Assembly: GCA_046076415.1 (NCBI GenBank)
Contig: JBJTRZ010000636.1
Span: 1 to 28,652 of the forward strand
Source: Armatimonadota bacterium
GTDB lineage: Bacteria; Armatimonadota; Armatimonadia; Armatimonadales; Armatimonadaceae
DNA length: 28,652 nucleotides
Reading direction: 5' to 3'
Below are positions 14,136-25,766 of the stretch, piece by piece. The position numbers and the translations under genes were made by a program. Below the pieces are notes generated by a model. That model ran no database searches and had not been told where the DNA came from. It was given only the letters and a program-made list of their open reading frames with translations. Position 1 is the first letter of the stretch. Each line of letters starts with the position of its first letter.

Positions 14136-16135
14136 ACGTTGAAAAATGTCGCCACGTCCTCGCGCGAATCGGTCCGCGGGCAATCGGGCAGATCGTCGAG
14201 CAGCGTGCGACCGTAATCCCGGGACCACAGACGGGCGTCCAGGACGGCCACCACGCCACGATCGGTGGTGGTGCGCAGCAGTCGTCCGAAGCCCTGTTTG
14301 AGGCGCAGCGACGTGGAGGGCAGGGACCATTCCGCGAACGGGTCGCGCCCCTCGCGCCGGAGCCGTTCCTCTCGGGCGCGCTGGGGAGGGCTGTCGGGAA
14401 TCGCGAACGGGAGTTTGTCGATGATCACCATCGACAGGGCCTCGCCGGGAACATCCACCCCCTCCCAGAACCCCCCCGTGGCAAGCAGCACCGCATTCCC
14501 ATCCGCCGCGAAGGCTTCGACGAGCCGTGCCGGGGGCAGGTCTCCTTGGACATGGAGTTTCCACGGCAGCGCATCCCGAAAAGCGTCGCGGGCGAGCGCG
14601 AGCATCCGGTGGGACGTGAACAGGACGAAGGCGCGTCCGCGGGAGAGCTGCAGCAGCGCATGAATTTCGTCGAGGGTCTTCCGGGCGTAGTCGTCGGAGG
14701 GCGACGGTGGGCCGAGTCGTCGCGGGACGTACAGCAGGCAGTTGCGGCGCGTGTCGAAGGGCGAGCCTTGCAGCGACTCGATCGGGTCCGTCCGTATTTG
14801 TCGCTCGTCGACTCCGAGCCGGCGGCGCGCGATTTCGAAGGTGCCGAGGGTGGCGAGGGTGGCGGAGACGAAGATCGAGCGGGGGATGCGGTCGAGGAGC
14901 TGACCGGCAATGGGTTCGGCCACGGAATAGGGCGTGCGGGTGAATGTCAGTTGCGGGTTCCCGCTGCGCAGCGTGCGCGCTTGCACCCAGTGGAACGCGT
15001 CATCGTCGTCCTCGTCGGGCGCCGCCATCGCCAGTTCGGTCGAAGAGCGAGTGGCGATGCGCGCGAGTCCGGCGGCACGATCCTTGGCGACGGCCTCGTC
15101 GGCGGAGTCGGCGATACGTACGAGGTCGCGGGAGAGGCGATCGAGCGCGGTCCGCAGTTCGGTCCGGAGGGCGGCGAAGTCGGAGCGATCCGCGGGGTTG
15201 CGGAGGACTTCGCGGAGAAACTTTTCCCCTTGGGTCCGCGCGAGGATGGGTGCCACCAACCGCGCATGTTGGGTTTCGATCAGGGCGAGCAGGCCGGGTT
15301 CCAGGCCGTCCACGCGGCGGCACCGAGCGAGCAGTCGCGGGACGCCGCCGGAAATCCATTCGGTTCCGAAGGATCGGGACGCGGTTTCCTCCACATGGTG
15401 GGCTTCGTCGAACACCACGGCATCGTAGGCGGGCAGCAGTCCGGGGGCGCCGGGCGCGGCTGCTTTGAGTCGAAGATCTGCGAAGAACAAGGCGTGGTTG
15501 ACCACGATGAGGCGCGCATCGTCGGCGATGCGGCGCGCACGGTAGAAGAAGCACCGGTCGTAGTGTCGGCACTCGCGGCCCCGGCAGGTATCCGCGTTCG
15601 CGGCGATGTCCGTCCAGAACGGTACCGCGCGGTCCAGGTCGGCGTGGTCACCCGTTTCGGTGCGTCCCGCCCAAGCCTTGATGGATTGGAAAACAGGATC
15701 GGCCGCGGCCCAAGGTTCCGCCGCGGAGATATCGAGTTCCTGGAGGCAGAGGTAATTGCGGCGCCCCTTGAGCACCGCCGCCTCGATGGGCGACTCCAAT
15801 GCGCCCAGGAGTGCGGGGATGTCGCGCTCGACCAACTGCGACTGCAGGCCGATGGTGTGGGTGGAAACGATGGCGCGTGCTTCGTTGCCTTCGAGCCATC
15901 GCACGAGGGGCACCAGATAGGCCAGGGTCTTGCCTACTCCGGTACCCGCTTCCGCGAGGCAGGGGCGACCTCGGTCGAGGGCTTCGCCGACGGATTGGGC
16001 GAGCGCGATCTGCTGCGGCCTCGGAACGAAACCGGGAAGTCGCTGGGCAAGCGGGCCGCGCGCGCCCAGCAATCGCTCGAGGGCGGTTTTCGAGAGTGTC
16101 CGTCGCGGTCGGCTTTTGCGGGCCTGCCCCGGCAC
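14132..16135 (-). CDS. dinG: ATP-dependent DNA helicase, DinG/YoaA family (Fe-S type)
   Basis: Q motif (RPQQ), AGTGVGKT, KGRRNYLC plus CRGRECRHYDRC Fe-S ligands, VVNHALF, DEAH, FVSATL, LFTS, FWEGVDVPG and QGFGRLLR motifs. Confidence 0.92.
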   Translation of the reverse strand: MPGQARKSRPRRTLSKTALERLLGARGPLAQRLPGFVPRPQQIALAQSVGEALDRGRPCLAEAGTGVGKTLAYLVPLVRWLEGNEARAIVSTHTIGLQSQLVERDIPALLGALESPIEAAVLKGRRNYLCLQELDISAAEPWAAADPVFQSIKAWAGRTETGDHADLDRAVPFWTDIAANADTCRGRECRHYDRCFFYRARRIADDARLIVVNHALFFADLRLKAAAPGAPGLLPAYDAVVFDEAHHVEETASRSFGTEWISGGVPRLLARCRRVDGLEPGLLALIETQHARLVAPILARTQGEKFLREVLRNPADRSDFAALRTELRTALDRLSRDLVRIADSADEAVAKDRAAGLARIATRSSTELAMAAPDEDDDDAFHWVQARTLRSGNPQLTFTRTPYSVAEPIAGQLLDRIPRSIFVSATLATLGTFEIARRRLGVDERQIRTDPIESLQGSPFDTRRNCLLYVPRRLGPPSPSDDYARKTLDEIHALLQLSRGRAFVLFTSHRMLALARDAFRDALPWKLHVQGDLPPARLVEAFAADGNAVLLATGGFWEGVDVPGEALSMVIIDKLPFAIPDSPPQRAREERLRREGRDPFAEWSLPSTSLRLKQGFGRLLRTTTDRGVVAVLDARLWSRDYGRTLLDDLPDCPRTDSREDVATFFNV

Positions 16136-16142
16136 GACCGCG

Positions 16143-16928
16143 TCAGGACCCGAGATCGAGGCCGAGGATGTGGCAGCCGGAATCGATGTGGATGATTTCG
16201 CCCGTGATGCCCCGGCTCCAATTGGAGACGAGGAACGCGCAGGTGTCGCCGACTTCGTCGGGATCGGTGGCTTTGCGCAGCGGCGCTGTTTCCGGGATCC
16301 GGCGGTACATATCGCGGAATCCGGAGATGCCGAGCGCGGAGGACGTCAGGGTCATTCCCGGCGAGACCGCGTTCACCCGGATACCCCGCGGCCCGAGATC
16401 GTTGGCGAGGTAGCGCACGGACGCCTCGAGGGCGGCCTTGGCGACGCCCATGATGTTGTAGTTGGGCACCACACGTTCGCTTCCGAGGTAGGTCATGGTG
16501 ACCATGGACCCGCCTTCGGGCATCAGCGCCGCCGCGGCGCGGGAGGCGGTGACCATGGTGTAGGCCGACACGTCGAGCGCCAGGCGGAACCCATCGAGCG
16601 AGGTTTCGGAAAAGTGTCCCGAGAGCTCTTCCTTCTTCGCGAAGGCGACTCCGTGGACCATGAAGTCGAGCGTGCCGACCGCGTCGGCGATCGCCGCGTG
16701 GAGTGCTTCGACCTGCGCTTCGTCGGTGAGGTCGCAGGGTGCGACCAGCGCGACGGAGTCGCCCAGTTTGGCCGCCAACGCGCGCACATCCTTTTCCTCG
16801 CGTTCGCCGAGGTAGGTGAGGATCAGGCGAGCCCCTTCCCGGGCGCAGCTCTTCGCGCACCCCCAGGCCATCGAACGTTCGTTGCGAACGCCGTAGATCA
16901 GTCCCTTCCTGCCGTCGAGCAAACCCAT
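16143..16928 (-). CDS. fabI: Enoyl-ACP reductase FabI
   Basis: GVRNERSMAWG, VHGVAFA, TYLGSERVVPNYNIMGVAKAALE, GIRVNAVSPG and ITGEIIHIDSG motifs. GGAGG SD before ATG 16928. Confidence 0.95.
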   Translation of the reverse strand: MGLLDGRKGLIYGVRNERSMAWGCAKSCAREGARLILTYLGEREEKDVRALAAKLGDSVALVAPCDLTDEAQVEALHAAIADAVGTLDFMVHGVAFAKKEELSGHFSETSLDGFRLALDVSAYTMVTASRAAAALMPEGGSMVTMTYLGSERVVPNYNIMGVAKAALEASVRYLANDLGPRGIRVNAVSPGMTLTSSALGISGFRDMYRRIPETAPLRKATDPDEVGDTCAFLVSNWSRGITGEIIHIDSGCHILGLDLGS

Positions 16929-16944
16929 GGGAAACCTCCGGCGC

Positions 16945-16950
16945 ATTCTA
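16945..16950 (-). promoter_or_regulatory. Putative -10 box (TAGAAT) for fabI
   Basis: Minus strand reads TAGAAT-gcgcc-GGAGG-tttccc-ATG. Confidence 0.45.
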
Positions 16951-16963
16951 CCGCGGGTCGTGG

Positions 16964-19711
16964 TCAGCGCCGGCGCGGCGCGGGGCGGGCGGCGGGTTTG
17001 CGCGCGGAGGGGCTGGCGGCGACCGGTGGTTTCACCACGAGTTCGTAGCAGAGGGTGGCCTTGCCGTCGGGGCCTTTTGTTTCGAGCACGAAGGCCAGGT
17101 TGTTGCCTTCGCGCTCCACGGGAACGGTGGTGAGGCGCCGTCCGGCCGCGTCGAGCCGCCACAACTCCGCGTCTCTGGCCGGGGCCGTGCGAACGAGCAG
17201 GACGGTCGCCTTGCCACGGCGCGCGAGTTGGGGCGCACCTCCCCAACGTTCGAGCACCTTGCGCTCCGACGACAGGAAGCGCGTGTCGGTGTTTTGGACA
17301 TCCGTGATGTGGCTCACGAGGAGGCGATTGCTTTCGGGTACCGGCTTGCCGTCGAGGGAAGTCGCCCAGACCGCCGCATCCGCATCCTCGATTTGCGCCA
17401 CCATCCTGCCGAATTTGAGGGTTTCGGATTCGGGTCCCACGCCGCCGATGGTGAGGGGGGTGATCACCCGCAGGCTGCCGATGGTGCCTTCGACGAAGAT
17501 CTCATTGGTTTCGCTATGGCGCAGGTCGGCGTCGAGGCTGGTCTTGTTGCCCTCGTTGAGCCGTCCCTCCTGGAGGAGCTTGTCGATCCCCGCCGCCGCG
17601 TCCGCGCCGGAAAGGCGAACTTCGGTGGGCCGGGCCTCGGGCAGGGGGCGGTTCTTGTCGACGATGCGGCTGCCGACGCGCAGGACGTAGGCGAGTTCGG
17701 GGAAGCCGGGCCCGGGCGCGGTGTCGAACCGTTCGAGGACCGTTTCGCGCGAAACCAGGTCGGTGAGTCCCTGCACGCCCGGCCGGGCATCGCGGCGTCG
17801 GTAGAGGAGCGCGGCGAGTCGCTCGGCGGCGAGCACGGCGGGGTCTCCGGCAACGTTGTCGAAATCGAGGATCGCAGGGGCGGCCGGGTTGATGGTGGCG
17901 GTGGACCAGCGCTGGGCAAACAGGCCGTCCCAGTCCTGCAGCGACGCCATCGCGGCGGTGGCGAGCGGGCCTTCGAAACGACTCGGATTCGGAGCGAAGT
18001 AGCGGTGGGCCGAAACAACGAAAGGTTTGCCGTAGATGCGCCGCATGGCGACGGCATGGGGTCCGCCGCGCGGTGGCGCGAGGGTTCCGTCGCCGTTGTC
18101 GCGACCCGACGACGGCAGGCCACCGGGTTGATCGAGGAAAACGGGAGGATCCCAACCGAACTGCGCGTCCACGAGATCGAGCGGCATGCGCGCCGACGTG
18201 TAGGCCCCCCGGTGGACGGGACCGTTGAGGTCGGTGAGGAGCAGATTGGTGCCGATTTCCTTGCGCAGGAAGGTTTCCATCCGCGCGAACGCCTTGGCGT
18301 GAAGGGTGGCGGCGAACGCGGAAAATTCCCGTCCCGCCACGTCTTCGCCGACCTCCCGGGGCAACGGGCGCACGGGGAGCGATCGGTCCTTCCGCCATGC
18401 GTTCCAGGCGGCTTCGAGTTCGCCGCGGAGCGGACCGGTGATCCTGGGCAGGATTTCCGGGAGGTTGGGGTTGTCGATCACGCCGACATAGGCGAGGGCG
18501 GGTTCGTCCTTCCACGCGACTCCGGTGTGCGGATTGACGTGGAGGAGGAATTTGCGCGCCTGTTCCTTCCACGTTTCGAAGGCGAAATCGCGCAGCAGGA
18601 CGGCCGCCTTGAAGGTTTCCGGGTCGTATCCGGCAACGGGACGTGCGAACCAGAGGTCGGTGGTGAGCCAAATGCCCCGTTTCTTGAGTTCGAACGCAAA
18701 CTGGTCGAGCCGCGCAAGCGCGTCGCCTTCGAACAGCGACCCATCATGTCCTTGGAAGCGCACCGCGTTATAGCCCATCCGCGCGAGCCGTTCGGCGAGG
18801 AGTTCGGCGGCGAGGGCTTCCGGGGCCAGGGCCGCTCCCGAGAGATTCACCCCCCAGAGCCTCAGGGGTTTGGTCCCCTTTTCCGTTCCGAGGTGTCCGT
18901 CGGAGCGCACCACAACGCGCCCGGTCGAACCCGCGGGCGGCTCCTTGAGCACGGCGGAAAGATCCAGTGCGCTTCCGGCGAGCATGTTGGCGGGCGGGTC
19001 CAGCGGAATCCAGTCGTCGCCTGCGGCGAGCACAAGCGGTTCCTCGCGGAATAGGCGGACCGGTCCGGGAAGGGCGACCACCAGTTCGAACGTTTCGCGT
19101 TTGCCGGCCGCCCAGATGCCCTCCGGCGCATCGGCCGGACCCACGCGGATGTCGATTTCGTCGCCGTCGGGACGTCGGTCGTCGACCCGCAGGGGTTGGG
19201 CACCGGGTTCGACGCGCAGTTGGGTGCCTTGCCGGGTGACGAGCAGGTCTCCGGCACCGAGGGCGAGGAGGGGTTTGCGATCGCCCTCGGCGGACACGAA
19301 GGCCTCGTCCTCGCCGCGGGACATGCGGGCCTTGGTCCATTCCCGGGCGGGAATCGAGAACGTGATGGACGGGGCTCCCCCGGGCAGGTCCTTTTCCGGA
19401 ACGAATGCGCAACGCAGGCGCAGGATGCGGCTGTCGGCACCGGCCTCGACCGTGGCGGCGATGTCCAGATCCACCCGGACCGGCGGCGAACCGACGTGGA
19501 AGCGTGCCTTGCCGGCGTCGTCTCCGGGGGCCGCGCGCTGGGGAGCGCCGGAACCGACGCGCACTTCGGGTCGGACGGAGAGGACCGGCGCGGGATCGAC
19601 GGTTCCTCGAACCAGGATTTCGCCGTTGCGCGCCAGGGTTGCCCGCAGTCGCGGGGGTGCGGACCACCCAGCGGCGGCCAGCCAGAGCACGAGGATCAGC
19701 GCACGGAGCAT
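16964..19711 (-). CDS. Large secreted glycoside-hydrolase-like (clan GH-A-like TIM barrel) protein; catalytic Glu residues apparently absent
   Basis: Signal peptide MLRALILVLWLAAAGWSA, LRLWGVNLSG, LAERLARMGYNAVRF, KKRGIWLTTDL and NPHTGVAWKDEPALAYV segments, recalled as typical of GH5-related families. AAGGA SD. Confidence 0.6.
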   Translation of the reverse strand: MLRALILVLWLAAAGWSAPPRLRATLARNGEILVRGTVDPAPVLSVRPEVRVGSGAPQRAAPGDDAGKARFHVGSPPVRVDLDIAATVEAGADSRILRLRCAFVPEKDLPGGAPSITFSIPAREWTKARMSRGEDEAFVSAEGDRKPLLALGAGDLLVTRQGTQLRVEPGAQPLRVDDRRPDGDEIDIRVGPADAPEGIWAAGKRETFELVVALPGPVRLFREEPLVLAAGDDWIPLDPPANMLAGSALDLSAVLKEPPAGSTGRVVVRSDGHLGTEKGTKPLRLWGVNLSGAALAPEALAAELLAERLARMGYNAVRFQGHDGSLFEGDALARLDQFAFELKKRGIWLTTDLWFARPVAGYDPETFKAAVLLRDFAFETWKEQARKFLLHVNPHTGVAWKDEPALAYVGVIDNPNLPEILPRITGPLRGELEAAWNAWRKDRSLPVRPLPREVGEDVAGREFSAFAATLHAKAFARMETFLRKEIGTNLLLTDLNGPVHRGAYTSARMPLDLVDAQFGWDPPVFLDQPGGLPSSGRDNGDGTLAPPRGGPHAVAMRRIYGKPFVVSAHRYFAPNPSRFEGPLATAAMASLQDWDGLFAQRWSTATINPAAPAILDFDNVAGDPAVLAAERLAALLYRRRDARPGVQGLTDLVSRETVLERFDTAPGPGFPELAYVLRVGSRIVDKNRPLPEARPTEVRLSGADAAAGIDKLLQEGRLNEGNKTSLDADLRHSETNEIFVEGTIGSLRVITPLTIGGVGPESETLKFGRMVAQIEDADAAVWATSLDGKPVPESNRLLVSHITDVQNTDTRFLSSERKVLERWGGAPQLARRGKATVLLVRTAPARDAELWRLDAAGRRLTTVPVEREGNNLAFVLETKGPDGKATLCYELVVKPPVAASPSARKPAARPAPRRR

Positions 19712-19855
19712 CGGCGGTTCCTTTCCGGTACGAACCTTGCGTCATGGTTCGCGGGACGGACGCGAACCCGGCAGGAATCCGGGTTTTGTCCTCCGAGGCC
19801 TCCTGCGCGGGGACATCGGAACCCGAAAAAGGATACCGCAGGTATCAACCCGACG

Positions 19856-20263
19856 ATGCGATCGATTCACGCCCCGATGCTGTTCGTCGCCGCACTGGCG
19901 ACGGTGGCAGGCACTGTCCGCGCTCAGGCGCCGCTTCCCCGCGAACCGGGGGAGATGCGTCGCGCCTTGGGACTGCGCCGGGGGCAAGTGCGTCGCATCG
20001 TCGCCATCGACCGCCGCTACAGTCCGCGTTACGCGGCCGTGGCGTCGCGGTACCTGCCCGAGGTCGCGGCATTGCGCAAGCGGCTCTCGGAGCTCGAGGC
20101 GCGCTATGTCGCGGAGATGCGCCCGTTGGTTGCGGAACGCGGCAGGGAGGTCGATGCGGTGCTGACGCCGGGGCAACGTGCCAAGGCGGCGGAGATCGAC
20201 GCGGCCTCGCGAGCCCGGTACGCCCGCGTGCGGGCGGCGGCGCTCGCTTCGGTACGCCCTTAG
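19856..20263 (+). CDS. Spy/CpxP-like periplasmic helical protein (Arg-rich)
   Basis: Signal peptide (..AGTVRA-Q), LGLRRGQ and VLTPGQR (LTxxQ-type) motifs, all-helical character. Confidence 0.65.
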   Translation: MRSIHAPMLFVAALATVAGTVRAQAPLPREPGEMRRALGLRRGQVRRIVAIDRRYSPRYAAVASRYLPEVAALRKRLSELEARYVAEMRPLVAERGREVDAVLTPGQRAKAAEIDAASRARYARVRAAALASVRP

Positions 20264-20283
20264 GATGGCCGACAATGGGTGCG

Positions 20284-20292
20284 TGATATAGT
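20284..20292 (+). promoter_or_regulatory. Putative extended -10 promoter (TGaTATAGT)
   Basis: TGn-TATAGT in the intergenic gap upstream of the second Spy-like gene. Confidence 0.45.
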
Positions 20293-20361
20293 TCAGGCAA
20301 CACGTTGTCGCCGATTTTCGACAAACGTGACGTGAAAACGTCACGGAAGGCAGGATTGACC

Positions 20362-20847
20362 ATGACCAAGACGTCCGCGCGGCTCGCCGCCGCCCTCTTC
20401 TCCGCCGTCGCCCTCTCCACGACGGTCATCGGGGGCGTGCGCGCCCAGCAGCCGCCGTTGGGGGGAGCTCCGGGCGGTGCGCCGATGCAGGATCCGCTGG
20501 GTTTGTCGGCCGATCAAAAGAAGAAGATCGACGCGATCCAGAAGAAGTACAAGCCGCAGATCGAGACCCTGCAGAAGAAGTGGCAACCGCAGTTCCTGGC
20601 CATTCAGAAGAAGTACCAGGCGCTTGCCCAGCCGCTGGCCAAGGACAATTCCCCCGCCGGCCAGAAGAAGCAGCAGGAGCTCATGGGCAAGATGCAGGCG
20701 GAAATGAAGCCTCTGATGGACAAGGCGATGAAGGAGACCAAGCCGCTTCAGGAAAAGGTCACCAAGGAAATCAACACCGTCCTCACGCCCAAGCAGCAAG
20801 CAACGCTGAAGCAATTGCTCGGCGGCATGCGCGCCCCGGGGATGTGA
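20362..20847 (+). CDS. Spy/CpxP-like periplasmic helical protein (Lys/Gln-rich)
   Basis: Signal peptide (..IGGVRA-QQ), LGLSADQ and VLTPKQQ (LTxxQ-type) motifs. AGGA SD. Confidence 0.75.
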   Translation: MTKTSARLAAALFSAVALSTTVIGGVRAQQPPLGGAPGGAPMQDPLGLSADQKKKIDAIQKKYKPQIETLQKKWQPQFLAIQKKYQALAQPLAKDNSPAGQKKQQELMGKMQAEMKPLMDKAMKETKPLQEKVTKEINTVLTPKQQATLKQLLGGMRAPGM

Positions 20848-20867
20848 TGCTTCGGGTTCGGTGAACG

Positions 20868-20901
20868 AAACGCCCTCCGGTATCCGGAGGGCGTTTGTTT
20901 T
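20868..20901. terminator. Intrinsic terminator, probably bidirectional
   Basis: Perfect 13-bp stem AAACGCCCTCCGG-tat-CCGGAGGGCGTTT then GTTTT, between convergent genes. Confidence 0.85.
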
Positions 20902-20916
20902 GTGGTGCGGATCCGT

Positions 20917-23490
<2,574 letters not shown>

Positions 23491-23494
<4 letters not shown>

Positions 23495-24339
23495 GGCTGG
23501 TCCAGGGTTCGGGCGCCGCGGCGCCACGCGAGCAGGGGCCCGCGGCGCACACGGATTTCGGTGAGATCGCGCTGCGGATCCACGCCGAGTTCGCGTAGGA
23601 TTTCCACCACCTGGGCGGCGCCGAATCCGACTTCCGAGGGGCGGTGGCTGTCGGCCCCGAACGTCAGGGGAACATCGCGTTCCACGAGCAACCGCAGCAT
23701 ACGTCGATTCGGAAACGGCTCGTCGCGGTCGGGACGCTTGCGCAGTCCGGACGTGTTGATTTCGACGATGCAACCGGATTCCGCGACCGCATCGGCGACC
23801 GCCGGGTACAGGCCGTCGGCGAGGGCTGCGGGCGGCACGGGGGCATAGGCCTCCACCGCCGTCAGGTGCGAGAGGATGTCGAACAGTCCGCTGCGGGCGG
23901 CGTCCGCGACCTGCCCGTAGTAGTCGCGGAAGACCTGCTCGGGATCGTCGCGCAGCCAGCGGTCGCGTTTGAAAATGCTGGATCCCAAGCTGTAGTGGAC
24001 CGAACCCAGCACATGGTCGATGCCGGGGCGGTCGAGCCAGCGCGCGAGTTCATCCGACCGGCCGGGAATCCAGTCGGCCTCGACCCCCACCGAAACCGGG
24101 ATGGTGTGCCGCATCTCTTCGACGAGCAACCGTGCGTCCTCGAGGTAACGGGGAAATTCCGACACGGCCATTTGGGTGGCGGGCTGGGCATGGTCCGTGT
24201 CGAACCACCACGCGGGCCCGTGGTCCGAAACTCCGAAACGACGCATACCTGCGGCCGCGGCCGCCAACGCGTACTCGCACATCTCGCCGACGGCATGCCC
24301 GCAACGGTGGTGGTGGCTGTGATAATCCGCGGGAACCAT
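23491..24339 (-). CDS. PHP-family phosphatase (histidinol-phosphatase HisJ-like)
   Basis: DYHSH..CGHA, GVSDH, GVEAD, GSVH, SHL, EINTSG and GADSH metal-ligand motifs. Confidence 0.88.
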
Positions 24340-24390
24340 GGGTCGGTGGCGCGCCGCCCAGGACGGCCACTCCAGTTTACCCCGCGGAGT

Positions 24391-24612
24391 TCAGTCGGTT
24401 TCGCGGCGCATAAGGCGACGGCCGATTTCGCGCCATGCCTGCTTGGACACGGGTATGGGAAGCCGGCCGACCCAGACGAAACTGTCGCCGGGCGTCCAAC
24501 CGGTGATCATGGCGAGTCGCACGGCCCCGAGGGGACGCTTGGCCGGGCGGGAACCGTTGTCGTGGGGGAGGTGCGCGGGGTTGACGCGCGTCGCGGCATG
24601 GGTCGTGGTCAT
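24391..24612 (-). CDS. Small hypothetical protein (73 aa)
   Basis: Fills the gap between PHP and the divergent epimerase; GGAAGA upstream of ATG. No recognised family. Confidence 0.4.
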   Translation of the reverse strand: MTTTHAATRVNPAHLPHDNGSRPAKRPLGAVRLAMITGWTPGDSFVWVGRLPIPVSKQAWREIGRRLMRRETD

Positions 24613-24743
24613 AGGTTCTTCCAACCGTGGGGTCCTGTCGTCGGGTTCCATTCCCTCGGTGGTCCGACGGCGTTAATATTTCCCAGCGGCTGCGTTTCCA
24701 AACCCACGGAGGGATTCTTTTTTGCAGGGCGAACGGTGGAGCC

Positions 24744-25766
24744 ATGGACGTGTGCATCATCGGCGGGTCTGGGTTGATCTCCACCGCCATCGTCGATCAT
24801 CTGCGGGACCGGAACGTGAACGTTACCTGCTACAACCGCGGGCGCAGTGCGGTGCGCTATCGGGACCCGGCCGGGGTCGAGGTTTTGGTGGGCGATCGCA
24901 AGGACCGGGCGGCGTTCGAGGCCACCTTCGCGGATCGAACGTTCGATGTGGTGATCGATATGATTTCGTTCACGCCCGACGACGCGCGCTCGGCGCTGAG
25001 GGCGCTGCGCGGCCGCTGCGGGCATTACGTGCACTGCTCGACGGTCTGCGTCACCAGTGGAACCCCCGAGACGATTCCGACGCCCGAGTCGGAGCCGCAC
25101 CACTCGATCGGCGGTTACGGCAAGGACAAGGGGGCGATCGAGGATCTGTTGCTCGCGGAGCACCGCGACCATGATTTTCCGGCCACCATCCTGCGACCGT
25201 CGCACTCGTACGGCGAGGGAGGCGTGCTGATCCGTCCCTTCGGTGCCTGGGATTCGTTCACCACGTTTCCCTCGCGGTTGCGCGCGGGCCGCAAGTTGAT
25301 CGTTCCCGGGGACGGCGTCGGCCTGTGGGCGTCGTGCCATGTCGACGACGTGGCCGCGGGTTTCGCCACGGTGCTGGGTCGACCCGAGGCGTTCGGCGAG
25401 GTGTACCACGTGACCGGGTCGGAAAACGTGACTTGGGACGACTACCATCGCATCGTCGCCGAGGCGGTGGGGGGAACGTTCGAACCCGTGCACATTCCCC
25501 GCGAGGTGCTTTGCCGCATCGCCCGTCCGGATTGGTGCGGAGGCATGAACGAAATCTTCGCGTGGCCGAGCATTTTCGACACGTCGAAGCTGCGTGCCCT
25601 CGGCTGGGCCGGTCAAACGATCTCGTGGAAGGACGGTGCGGCGCGCACGGTGGCCTGGATGGATGCCCAAGGGTCGACCAAGCCCGCCGAGGCCGACGGG
25701 GGTTACGAGGACCGGTTGATCGCCGCATGGGAGGCGGCCGTGGGGCCTCTGGAGGCGGTGGCATGA
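24744..25766 (+). CDS. NAD-dependent epimerase/dehydratase (extended SDR)
   Basis: IIGGSGLIS Rossmann motif, YNRG, FDVVIDMI, YGKDK (YxxxK), TILRPSH and HVDDVA motifs. GGAG SD. Confidence 0.88.
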   Translation: MDVCIIGGSGLISTAIVDHLRDRNVNVTCYNRGRSAVRYRDPAGVEVLVGDRKDRAAFEATFADRTFDVVIDMISFTPDDARSALRALRGRCGHYVHCSTVCVTSGTPETIPTPESEPHHSIGGYGKDKGAIEDLLLAEHRDHDFPATILRPSHSYGEGGVLIRPFGAWDSFTTFPSRLRAGRKLIVPGDGVGLWASCHVDDVAAGFATVLGRPEAFGEVYHVTGSENVTWDDYHRIVAEAVGGTFEPVHIPREVLCRIARPDWCGGMNEIFAWPSIFDTSKLRALGWAGQTISWKDGAARTVAWMDAQGSTKPAEADGGYEDRLIAAWEAAVGPLEAVA

